A stretch of 64,000 nt of DNA from Dictyostelium discoideum. Its lineage: Eukaryota. Location of the stretch: positions 8,320,001 through 8,384,000 of the forward strand of contig CM000151.3 in NCBI GenBank assembly GCA_000004695.1. Reading direction: 5' to 3'. Every line of letters starts with the position of its first letter. The first letter of the stretch is position 1. The translations under genes were made by a program, and so were the position numbers. Shown one piece after another: positions 17,296-29,057 of this stretch. The notes below the pieces were generated by a model that did no database searches, was not told where the DNA came from, and saw only the letters and a program-made list of their open reading frames with translations.

Positions 17296-20200
17296 CCATC
17301 ATTAGTTATTTCAAGTTCATCATCATCCTCCTCCTCCTCCTCATCATCACAACCACAACCACCACCATCACCAACACTATCACAACAAAAAATTATAATT
17401 GAAGAACAAAAATTAATTCAAATTGATCAAGTTTTACCATGGAATGAAAGTTTTCAACAATTATTAGATAAACCATTAAAATCATTAGAAGAAGAAAGAT
17501 TACGTAATCAAAATATTACCTATTTTTCACAACTTTTAGCAAATCAAGCCATTAAATATGTAAAGACATTGGTTAGAGAGGTACATTTAACACCAGATAG
17601 AAAAACCATTAAACCATTTGATTTCGGTGGATTAGCAGGTGGTGAAAAGTATAAAATCGATTCAATGTTTATAAAATTTGCATTGAATCCATATCATATC
17701 TATGAATGTAATAATCCGACATCTTATTATGCAAGTAAAGCAGCTAATCATGAATTGAAATCAATTGAAAAGTTGGTTAGTTGTGCAGTACCAAATTTAC
17801 ATTTTCCTTTAATTTGTCTTTTAAATTATCGTGGATTTAGGTTAAGCGTAATCTCTGAATTACCAATTTCATCCAATACGATAGTATTTGGTAGTTCAAA
17901 TGCTGGTAATACAATTCACGATGATGAAAATGTTTATAAAATGATGGTTAAAATTGGTGAAATTATAAATTTAAAAAATCATATTGCAAAAGAAAATGGT
18001 AAATCATTTTCATCATCATCAACAACAACATCGACAGATTTATTTTCAAGTATAGGAAGTAGTAGTAGTAGTGGTAGTAATAGTAGTTCAAATAAAAATG
18101 GTGGATTATTTAAAATTCCATTAGCAATTGATATTGAAGGTCATCATGGTAAAGATGGTAGATATTATATTGTTGATTCAGCAAGATTAAGTGTACCAGA
18201 GAAACCATTGGCAGGTATAACAGGGGGATTTCTTTATAGATTATTTAGATTTGAATTTATAAAAAGATATGAGAATCAGTTATGTGCAGATTCATTTTCA
18301 AATTTTCAAGTATTAGATTTGGATAGTCATAATTTGGAGGTTGAAAAAGCATCACATTATTTAATTAATACAGTTATACCATCATTTGTTGAGAATGTTT
18401 TATTAAAAGATAAACAATCATTAAAGAAATTAAATTTAAAAGAGTTACTTCATAGGGATGGTATTAATCTTAGATATTTAGGTTTAATACTTTATAGAAT
18501 TTCATTGATTGGAAATTCAATGAAAATCATTTTAAATAGAATTGAAGTTTTAAAAGGATTACTTACAGTGGAAATGTTGGCTAGATTATTAAGATTTATC
18601 GTTTTCTCTGAAATGTGTAAATTAAATGAACCTGATGACCATCACCATTTACAAATTTGTGTTAATCATTTGAATTTACTATTATCGTCATCTGGTACGT
18701 CAATGGTTGATTCTCAAATCTATTGGTCAAATTTCATATCGAATGCGTTAATTGCAAAGTATACCTCATTCTCCTCATTATCCAACGACCAATGCCAAGG
18801 CTTGAAATCATTAATCAACGATTCCAATGGACTTTGTTTAATATTAAATAGCCAATCTACGAAATTACGTTATAAACTATTGAAAAAGTTTTCACGTTTA
18901 ACTGGTGTTATCATTAGTCCACGTTATTTACAACAATTGAAAACATTATCAATTCAAAATTCATTACCATCTTTTATGGCGAAATCATTGGTAATTCCAC
19001 CATTGACAGTATCGGATTTAATTGAAGTTCAAGTGGTTGTTAAACATATGAAAATTCTATCAACATTTAAAGCATTTGAAAAGTTTACCGATGCTGAACA
19101 ATATTATCTACAAGAATTGGAGAATAAATCACAAAAACTTGGTAAAGATCATACTCAAGTTGCAATCACTCATATTTATTTATCAGATCTTTACGTTTCA
19201 AATTTATTATTCACTCAAGCTGAAAAACATATAAATCATGCAATTGAAATTTATAATGTTAGATTTGGTTCAATCGATATTGGTACAACTACAACCAAAG
19301 AGAAATTAGGTTTAATTTATATTAAACAAAAGAAATATCAAGAAGCAACCACATTATTTAAAGAGGTATTAGAAATTAAAAAATCAATTCTATCAACTGA
19401 TAACATTGAAATAGCTGATACTTTTGATAATTTAGCATGGGTTTATCAAAATAAAGGTGATTTTCAATTATCAATTTCAAATTATTCTGAAGCATTAAGA
19501 ATTAAGAATGAAAAAACTGGAAATTCATTAACTACCGCTAAAACTTTAAATAATATTGGTCATTTATTTTTAACAACTAATGAAGTTAAGAAATCCATTG
19601 AAATCTTTTTAAAAGTTCGTGAAATCTTTATAACTCATCGTGGTCCTGAACATTCTGAAGTGGCAGTGGCTGAAGATAATTTAGGTATTGTTTATACTAA
19701 AACTAGAGAATATCCATTAGCTGAGAAATCTTTTAAATCTGCTATTGCAATTAGATCGAAACAGTATGGTAAGGAATCGGCATTAGTAGCATCGACTCAA
19801 AATCATTTGGCTCAATTATATTTAACATGGGGTGATATAGCAAAATCAAAACAATCTGAATCAATTGAATTGTTTAAATCATCGATTAATATCGTTGATA
19901 AATTCCCTGATTTCTACAGTCGTGCTTTCATGCGTTATTCATTCTCAAAATATTATCGTATTAAAAAAGATAAACCTCAAGAGATTAAACTAATAAATGA
20001 GGCATTATCAATTTTGGAAATGCATAATATCGTATCGGATTTAATAACAACTCTAAGGGAGAGAAGAGATTATCTCTCAAAAACTGGTTTTAGTAAAATC
20101 ATTGGTTGGGTACGTGATCCAAAACCAAACTCTTTAATTGGCTCAGGCAGTGGTAGTAGTATTGGTGGTATTCATTTAGGTGTTGGTCATCATACACCAT

Positions 20201-22473
20201 TGGTTAATCATCAAGCCTTTATTGAATCAGAAAATCATGGTTCTGGTCATATGGAAATGTCTTCAAATGCTTTTGCTTCAAAACATAATTCAATTCCAAA
20301 GGAATGGCAAGAAATTTTCAATGAAATTGGTATCACTAGTGAAGAATGGTCTGATCCACAATATTCTGCAAATTTACAATCAATCATTCAAGAAGCAATC
20401 ATTGAACAACAACTTAAAAATAAAAAGAATAGTCCAATAAATACAACAACAAGAAAAACAAAATCTAAAAAGAAATTATTATCATCCTCATCAACAACTA
20501 CTACTACAACCACAACTAATTCAACAAATACAACAGTATCTCCAATATTAGATTCAATTATTAGTAGTGCTGCAAAACTTGAAAAGAAACATAAAATGGT
20601 TTCAAAAGAAGTTAAAACAAAGATAAAGAAAGAGATGGACATAGTTAGTGAGAGATTTGAATCAACTACAACTATGTTACAATCAAATATTAGAGATAGA
20701 GTAAACTCATTATCACTTGGTGATACCTCAGGTGGTAAAGAGAAAATGTCTGAAGAAAGAAGAGTAAAACCAAATTCAATGTCTTCACCAAAAAGACCCT
20801 CAACTACTTCATCATTATCATCATCATCAACATCAACAACAACATCAACAACAACAGCAACTAAATTCACAGCTAGACGTCAAATATCAACAAGTTCACC
20901 ACTACCATCACAACCAACTAGTGGTTTAACTCCAATGACACAAATTAAATTGGTTAAAACTTCACAAATTTCAAAACCATCTCTACCAATGACGCCACCA
21001 TCATTGTCCTCACCAATTACATCTCCATTACCATCTCCCCCTCCACCAGGTGGAGCTGTTGTCAAAAGTCTACCAGCTCCTCCACCACCAGCTCCTCCAC
21101 CATCAGCTGGAAGTGCCCCACTATCACCACTACCACCATCATTATCTAGTGGTCCAGTATTAATGAAACAATCACCACCACCACCACCACCAATGTTTGA
21201 CCAATTAATGTCGATACCATCACCAATAACAACTCCAACTCCAACTCCAATCCCAATCCCAACTCCAATCCCAACTCCAACTTCAACTCAAGAATCAATG
21301 TATCCAAAAATGGATTTACCAACAACAACAGCAGCACCAAAACCAATTAGTAGACCAACATCATCACCACTTCCATCAAAAAATATATCTTCATCCTCAT
21401 CATTCTTTAATGGATTATTTAATAGAAAATCAACACCAGTTCCTGCCCCTGTTTTAAATTCAGGTTCGTCAATGGTCTCTCGTAGTTTCTCTAGTAGTAT
21501 AAAAGAAGAATCATCTTCACAATCAACTCCACCCTCATTATATCCAAAACTTAGTTTGGAAAAGATTGAATCCCATTCATCTGAGCCACCACCAGTAAGA
21601 CAAACTCCACAATATTTGTCACAACCACCACAACCACAACAATTACAACAACCACCACAACCACAACAATTACAACAACCACCACAACCACAACAATTAC
21701 AACAACCACCACAACCACAACAATTACAACAACCACCACAACCACAACCATTACAACAGCCACAACCACAACAATTACAACAATCACAACCACAACAAGA
21801 AACTCAATCAACTTTTTCAAAATTAAGAAATATTGTTAATATTTCAAATTCTGGTAATATTTTACACTCACCAACTTCTTATCAAACCTATACTCCAAAT
21901 TATTCAAACTTTTATTTGCAACAACAACCTCAACAACCTCAACAACCTCAACAACCTCAACAACCTCAACCACAACAAATGTTGTTGGATCAAGAAAGAC
22001 AACATCAAATTATTCAAGAGTCATTAGATTTTAGAAGATCAGCAACAACTGTATCTCAATCTTCATTAATATTATTTGATAGTGATGAACAATCATTACG
22101 TTTAAGTGATAATAAAATCTACGAAGATCTTGATGATAATAATGATGATGATGAACAACAAATCGAAAATGAATATCAAGAAGAGGAAACATTAGAAGAA
22201 TATTGTGAAGGTGACGAGCCAACACAATATTGTGAACTAAATGCTGATGAAGATGAAGTAGAAGAAGAAGAAGATGACGAAGAAGAAGATGAAGACGAAG
22301 ACGAGGAAGGCGAAAGTGAAAGTAACGAAGAAGAACAAGAAGAACAAGCTCAAGGGGTAGATGGAAAACTCCATTGGTCACAATTAAGTGAAATGTTAAA
22401 GACAGAAGATTTTGTAAATACTATAAAACAAAAATTAAGAGAAAACAAAAATAATTTCTCATTAAAAAAATAA
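15817..22473 (+). CDS. CLU (clustered mitochondria/TIF31)-like domain protein with kinesin-light-chain-type TPR repeats, a Pro-rich region and an acidic tail. Exons 15817..16609 and 16706..22473.
   Basis: ATG at 15817 (ATAAAATGT). Intron GGTAAAT…TATTATAG (phase 1) joins the 276-aa and 1914-aa ORFs in frame. The CLU-like block is …LICLLNYRGFRLSV…IPLAIDIEGHHGKDGRYYIVDSARLSVPE. TPR block (TPR_10/12-like) ~19080-19870, e.g. AEQYYLQELENKSQKLGKDHTQVAITH…. The C-terminus has PPPPAPPP and a 27-bp QPPQPQQLQ repeat, then a D/E tail. Confidence 0.6.
21632..21790 (+). repeat. Coding 27-bp tandem repeat of about 5.5 units (CAACCACCACAACCACAACAATTACAA, encoding QPPQPQQLQ)
   Basis: Direct near-perfect tandem copies inside the CLU-like gene. 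Confidence 0.8.
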
Positions 22474-23529
22474 ATAATTTAATTCAATAGTTTATTATTA
22501 TTATTTAAAATAATAATAATAATAATAGTAATAATAAAAATAATAATTAATAATAATTAATAATAATAATAATAAAAATAAAAAAATAACAATAACCAAC
22601 AAATTGGAATATTAAATATTAAATTTAATTTAATTTCCAGCATGGAAAAAAAGAAAAAAAAAAAATTTGTAAATTAAAAAAAAGAATAAATATATATTTT
22701 TCATAAACTACATTTTTTTTTTCTTACTTATTTTTCTTCTCTATTTTTTAAATTATAATAATTTTTTTATTCTTTTTCATTTTTTATTTTAATCAATTAT
22801 TTTAAATAAAATAATTAATGAAAAAAGGTCAAATTAATAATTACAATAAAAAAGTTTGTACAAATATAATTTTAAATATTTTTTTTTATTTTTTTTTGTT
22901 TTTAAACAAAAAAAAAAAAGTGATCAAAAATTTAAAAAAAAGTGCTCAAAAAATAAAAAAAAAAAAAAAAGTTGGTTTTGTAGAATAAAAGATCTACCTT
23001 TTTATTATTATTATTATTTTTAAAATTATAATTTAATATTGAAAAATCTGTTTTTTCCCAAAGGGGAAAATCAAAAAAAAAAAAAAAAAATTATGTTTTA
23101 TGGTAATAAATAAATTCCCAAAATGGTTTAAATCTATCTTGTAAATTAATTAAAATTTTTTTTAAGTACAATATTTAGTGATTTTATTTTTTTTTTCTTA
23201 ATTTTTTTTTTTTTTTTAAAGTGTGGTAATTTTAAAAGTGGTTATATTTTACAGATTAACGATCACAACAGTAAAAACAACACAAACTAATACCAATGTT
23301 CAAATATATATATTAAAAAAAAAAACAAAACAAAAAAAAAAAAAAAAAAAACCACCCAAATTTATTTTTTGATCTTCTTTAACTCTTTTTTTTTACCCCT
23401 AATATAATCTAGAAAATTATTTTTATTTTGATAATTTCATTTTAATTTGAAAAATATATGGATTATACTAAACTTTAATATAAACAAATAATTTTATATA
23501 TTTGTTTTTTTTTTTTTTTTTAATTTATA

Positions 23530-23574
<45 letters not shown>

Positions 23575-23910
23575 GAGTATTTATCGGTTTATTATTTTAT
23601 CTTTTAATAAATTAAATAAAAGAAAAAATAAAAAAAATTTGAAAATATTTAAAAAAAAAAATAAAATTTATTACTGTTCATTTATACTACCACAAAAAAA
23701 AATCATCATCATCTTTTTGATTACAACAACAAAAACTACTCAAATATAAACACCATACTTTAATAATTTCCTATATATAAAAGATTAATATTTTTTTAAA
23801 CCACTTTTTTTATGGATTTACTCCACTTTGTGTTTTGAGAATTAAAAAAAAAAAAAAAAAATTAAAAACAAGCTAAAAAATTAAATTTAAAACAACACAT
23901 TTTGATTAAT

Positions 23911-23945
<35 letters not shown>

Positions 23946-24633
23946 ATCCACCTCACACATAAAAAAATAATTTTGGTTAAACATATACCACATTCATAAG
24001 CACACGAACACACAAATAAACACACACACACACACACACACTATCGATTGTGTGTGTGATTTTTCAAAAAGTTTTTATACCATACTTAACATTTACCACC
24101 CCAATTTAAATAGTAAACTAATTATATTATAAAATCCCCACCATTTAAATAATTAAAAAAATCAAATTTTTACAACTTTTTATTAAATTTAATTTATTTT
24201 TATTTTGGGATTATAAAATCAGAAAATTAAAAAAAATTAAAATTCTTACCATTTTATTTTAATTTATTTAAATCACTAAATAAAAAATTTTAATACATTC
24301 ACTCATATATCAAATTTTAAAATAATAATAATAATTTTTTGTTAAAAAAAAAAAAAAAAAAATTATTTAATTATTTTTTTTTTTTAATTTTTTTTATTTA
24401 TATTTATTAGTAAAATAGTCAAGTAAAATATTTATATAAAAAATTTAGTATTCTTATTAGTTTTTAGTTTATTTTTTTTTTTTTAAATTTTTTTTTTTTT
24501 TTTTTTTCTAAACAATTTTTTTTTTTTTTTTTAATTATTCCTAAATTTATTCCCACTTTTTGCAATCATCATAGTATTATTTTAATTTTAATTTTTATTC
24601 GTTAAAAACTCTTTTATAAATTTATTATATAAT

Positions 24634-24685
<52 letters not shown>

Positions 24686-24724
24686 GTTAGATCAAATATA
24701 TTTGAACTTGATAAACAATAATAA

Positions 24725-25719
24725 GAAGACCAATTTTATGATAGATTATTGGGTTGTATATATGGTTCAGTTTTAGGTGATGCTTATGGTTTAGGTAAAT
24801 AAATAATTTTTAAAAAAAAAAAAAAAAAAAAATTGTGTGTTAAAAATAAAATTTTAATTTTATTTTTTTTTTTTTTAATTTTTTTCAATAGCAACTGAAT
24901 TATTAAATAAAGAACAAATTATAAAAATATATGGTAGTAATCCAATTCCATTTCCATCAAATATAAGAACATCACATTCATGTAGATGGTTAAGAGGAGA
25001 TTGGACAGATGAAAGTGATCAAATGATATTAGTTATGGATTCAATTATTGAGAGTGGTGGTAAAATTGATGAAGTAAACTTTGCAAAGAAATTACAAAAA
25101 TGGGTAACAAGTGGATTTCCAGAATTGGGAGATCAAGCAGGTATCGGTTCAAGTTTTAGCTCAATTGCATTACAATCACAATTTACAAGCAATCCATTCT
25201 ATGTAAGTGAGAAGAACTGGGTCACAAGTGGTAGACGTTCAGCAACCAACGGTTCATTACCACGAGCACCCATTTTAGGTTGTATTCAATATGATAAATT
25301 AGCAAATGTAATTAGTAACTCAACAGCACTTTGTAAAGTTACTCATTTTGATCAACGTTGTATCATCTCTTCAAATGTTTTAGCAATTACAGTGGCAATG
25401 TTATTAAATAATGCTGCAACTAAAAAAGCATTACTATCAAGTACTGAAAGAAAAAATGATGAAGTTGATCATGTAATTGAAGAAGTTGCAAAAGGTGCTT
25501 GTAGCATGTTATCTGGTTCAATTCAAGAAAGAGTTGAATTTGAAGAAATCATTTATAATACTTCTTTGGAATCTTTAAATTTATCATATTCTGATTCATT
25601 ATCTTATGTTTTCAAAGGTTTAGGTGCTGGTTTTTGGGGTTTAAGATCAAATTATTCTTTTAAAGATACTTTAAATTTAATTGTTAGAGAAGGTGGTGAT
25701 TCTGATTGGTATGTTTTAA

Positions 25720-25789
<70 letters not shown>

Positions 25790-25971
25790 TAATTATTTAA
25801 TTTATTTTTTAAATTATTAGTAATGCATTTATTTGTGGAGCATTATTGGGTTGTAAAAATGGATATTCAAATTTACCAAAGGAATGGTTATGTGCATTAC
25901 CTTATAAAGAATGGTTAGATCAAAAAGTTGTTAAATTTGTTGAGATAGTTAGAAGAAGTAAAAAAGATTAA
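24725..25971 (+). CDS. ADP-ribosylglycohydrolase (ARH) family protein; start codon unresolved. Exons about 24725..24794, 24892..25708 and 25821..25971.
   Basis: The frame gives …YDRLLGCIYGSVLGDAYGLG|A TELLNKEQI… (GDAxG motif). The C-terminal exon gives REGGDSD|CNAFICGALLGCKNGY…LPKEW (GGDTDT…GALxG motif). Donors are GGTAAAT (phase 1) and TGGTATGT (phase 2); acceptors are TTTCAATAG and AAATTATTAG. Intron 2 holds an A-run of about 62. The only ATG (24738) is one base out of frame. Confidence 0.6.
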
Positions 25972-26082
25972 GTTTAAAAAAAAAATAAAAAAAAAATAAA
26001 AAAATAAAAAAAAAAAAAAAAATAAAAAAAAAATAAAAAGTATATATATAAATAAAATAAATAAAAAGGGATAAATTTAATT

Positions 26083-26118
<36 letters not shown>

Positions 26119-26239
26119 TATATGTATATTTACAAAGATTATTTTTATGTTTTTATTTATTTTTTTTTTGCTTTTTTTTGCTTTTTTTTGCTTTTTTTTT
26201 TTTTTTTTTTTTTTAATTATTTAATTATTATTATATATA

Positions 26240-26700
26240 TTAAATATATTGATCTGCAACATTTCTTTTTTTTTGAACTTGTTCAATAAAAGAATTTTCT
26301 AAACTTGTAAACTCTCTTGATAAACATTCCATTGATTTTTGTACACATTCTAATGGGTTTGTATTATTATTTGTTTGAATTCTAATATTAACATTATGTT
26401 CTAATGGATGAGGCATTCTATAACCTGCAAATATGATATCTTGGTCTGCAATTAATTGCATTCTAATGAGGTTTCCAATTGTGTGATCCTCTTTTAATAT
26501 TGTAAACATTGATGCATTTGGAATCTTTGTGTCTCTAACCATTGTAACTCTTTTAAATATTTATTTTCATATAGATAATATATGAAATAGTAATAATTAA
26601 TATATTGAATTCGTATTATTTTAAATTTTTATTTCGTTTAGATTTTAATAAAAAAAATTTTAGAAGAAATGGTAAAAATGGGTGCAACAAGATTTTTGAA

Positions 26701-26731
<31 letters not shown>

Positions 26732-26807
26732 AAAAAAATATATAAAAGTATTACTTTTTAGCTCCGTCCGGTAGGACAAATAATTCGAAACGATCGGGTG
26801 CATTCAT
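26240..26807 (-). CDS. rpb11: RNA polymerase II subunit Rpb11. Exons 26755..26807 and 26240..26549; the 205-bp intron is phase 2.
   Basis: Exon 1 is MNAPDRFELFVLPDGAK(K). Exon 2 is VTMVRDTKIPNASMFTILKEDHTIGNLIRMQLIADQDIIFAGYRMPHPLEHNVNIRIQT…. This is collinear with human POLR2J ([46 protein letters not shown]…FAGYKVPHPLEH…). The donor is AAAAA|GTAATAC and the acceptor TTTAAAAG. Exon 1 is unusually GC-rich. Confidence 0.8.
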
Positions 26808-26861
26808 CTTTTAAAAGTTATAACTTTACTTGAAAAATAGTTTATATAAAATTTTTGAAAA

Positions 26862-26893
<32 letters not shown>

Positions 26894-27239
26894 GTGTGTG
26901 AAACAAAAAAAAAAAAAAAAAAAATTTGAAAATGTCTGAAAAATAATTCCAAAAAAAAAAAAAAAAAATAATTGAAACCATGGAGATTAATCCATTTAAA
27001 AAAATCTAAATTTATCATTTTGTAGATAAATTAAAAATAGGAATTAAAATTTTTTTATTTTTTTCGGGATTGAGAAATATAAAATAATAAAATAATGAAA
27101 AATTGTAAAAAAAAAAAAAAAAACAAAAAAAAAAAAAAAAAATATAAAAACAAAAATCAAATCCATTTTAAAATAATAATAATAATATAACCATAACAAT
27201 AATTATTAATATTCAAACTTTTATTGTTAATAATAATAA

Positions 27240-27270
<31 letters not shown>

Positions 27271-27285
27271 ATAAAAGTAAAAAAA

Positions 27286-28386
27286 ATGGAAAAAATAAAT
27301 CAAACTCCAAAAAAGCATAAAATTATTGAACCGAATAGAAAAGGTTATTCAATTGTTGGCAAAAATACTGGTAAACCAAATAAAATTTATTTTGAAACAT
27401 TTGGTAATGGTCCAAAGAAAATTTTATTTATTACTGGATTTTTATCATCATCTAAAGGTTGGTGTAAACAAATTGATTATTTCACAAATAAAAAGGATCA
27501 ATATGAAATTTGTGTTTTTGATAATAGAGGTATTGGAAAATCAAATATTGATTCAAAATATTCATATAATTTTTCAACAAAATCTATGGCAATGGATGCA
27601 ATTGATCTGTTGGAAGACACATTAAAATGGGATAAAGTTCATATTTGTGGCTTGTCAATGGGTGGTATGGCATCAATTCATCTATCTTCAATTATACCTG
27701 AAAAAGTACAATCTCTAGTTATTGCATGTGTTCCAAATGGATATTTTTTACCATTCTTTTCAATGGGTGTATTCAATTATATCCGTGCTTTTTTCTTCAC
27801 ATTTAATGAAAAGAAAAAGGCAAGAATATTTCAATCATTAATGTACTCTGATAATTATTTAGATGAGAAAACCAATGGATCAGATGAGACTAGAAGTGAA
27901 CAAATGTTTAAAAAGAATTCAACCGGATTTAAAGATGATGGTCCTTCTTTTTTAACTATTTTGGGTCACCAAATTGGTTACATTACCAATAGATTCTCAA
28001 AGAAATCATTGGAAGTTATTAAAAAATATTCAATTCCAACCATTGTAATAAATTCTAAAAAAGATTCGTTGGTCACTATTGATATTACAAAAAAACAAAT
28101 TGTTAATCCATTGAAGCCATTAAATTTTCATGTTATTGAAGGTGGTCATTTAAGTCAACTTGAAAATCCAACTTTTTTTAATAAATTAGTTGAAAATCAT
28201 GTTGATAAACATTCAAATTGGGATCATTCAACTTTTTTTCAAGTTGAAAAACAACAATTTCAACGTCAATCATTTATGACACAAAATATATTATACTCAA
28301 AGAACTATTTATCATCAAATACATTATCATCATCATTTTTAAATTGTAATACATTAAGATCTTTTTTCAATAAAATTAAAGTTTAA
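27286..28386 (+). CDS. Alpha/beta-hydrolase fold serine hydrolase
   Basis: Single 366-codon ORF with ATG at 27286. It has GFLSSSKGW…FDNRGIGKS and the nucleophile elbow GLSMGG, the usual abhydrolase topology. Confidence 0.75.
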   Translation: MEKINQTPKKHKIIEPNRKGYSIVGKNTGKPNKIYFETFGNGPKKILFITGFLSSSKGWCKQIDYFTNKKDQYEICVFDNRGIGKSNIDSKYSYNFSTKSMAMDAIDLLEDTLKWDKVHICGLSMGGMASIHLSSIIPEKVQSLVIACVPNGYFLPFFSMGVFNYIRAFFFTFNEKKKARIFQSLMYSDNYLDEKTNGSDETRSEQMFKKNSTGFKDDGPSFLTILGHQIGYITNRFSKKSLEVIKKYSIPTIVINSKKDSLVTIDITKKQIVNPLKPLNFHVIEGGHLSQLENPTFFNKLVENHVDKHSNWDHSTFFQVEKQQFQRQSFMTQNILYSKNYLSSNTLSSSFLNCNTLRSFFNKIKV

Positions 28387-28509
28387 TAAAAATAAAAATC
28401 AAATATGTTTTTTAATTATATTTTATTATAAATTTAGTTTTCTTATTAATTAATTTATTTCTTTTTTTTTTTTTTTTTTTTAAAGAAAATTTTTTTTACT
28501 TATCCCTGT

Positions 28510-29057
28510 GGAATTAATAATATTAGTAGTGGAAATTTAAATTCTTTAAATAAGGGGAAACTAAATATTAAAGAGGTCATCACTCTTTTTTCTGGATTTT
28601 ATTTTTTTTTTCACAAAGATTCTGTTCCACAAGAAAAAAAAAAATCACACAAGTTCTCTAAAAATAAAAATAAAAGAAAATATAATAACCATAATACCAA
28701 CAAATAAAAAAAATATTTCAAAATAAATAATTATTTTATTTTTTTAAACAAATAAATTGTATACCGAGATAAATAAAGAAATAAAATAAAATAAAATAAA
28801 TTATTCTTGTTTTAATTGTTAACTATTGTACATATTTTATTATTTTGTTTTTTTTTTTTTTTTTTTTTTTGTTGGTATCAGTAAATTTAGTACCAAAAAA
28901 AATAAAAAAGGTGGTAGGAAATAAAATTTTGGGTGGAAAAAAAAAGACAAAATCCAGTCATTTATTCATTTCACTCTTTTTTCTGGACTTATATTTCGTT
29001 TTACTTTGGGATACCCTTTAAAGAATTTAAATTTCCACTGCTGATATTATTAATTCC
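28510..29057. repeat. 41-bp inverted repeat pair (28510..28550 and 29017..29057, 39/41 identical). The right arm is the last 13 codons of the bZIP gene. There is also a 17-bp direct repeat CACTCTTTTTTCTGGA at 28572 and 28970.
   Basis: GGAATTAATAATATTAGTAGTGGAAATTTAAATTCTTTAAA on the plus strand at 28510. Its reverse complement at 29017..29057 differs at two T/C positions. Both found by direct comparison. Confidence 0.7.

Noticed and set aside
17021-17305. Alternative-frame ORFs (17021..17305, 20180..20440, 20388..20870, 21146..21820, 22031..22381) within the CLU-like gene
   Set aside because: These are poly-I/L/V translations of AAT/CAA repeat DNA in the wrong frame or strand. The CLU/TPR frame is the only one with domain content.
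24001-24060. (CA)n run followed by inverted GTGTGTGTG, which could be a hairpin, a CAE or a promoter element upstream of the ARH gene
   Set aside because: This is probably a simple dinucleotide microsatellite with a short inverted copy. It is listed only as a possible CA-rich promoter element and not promoted to a feature.
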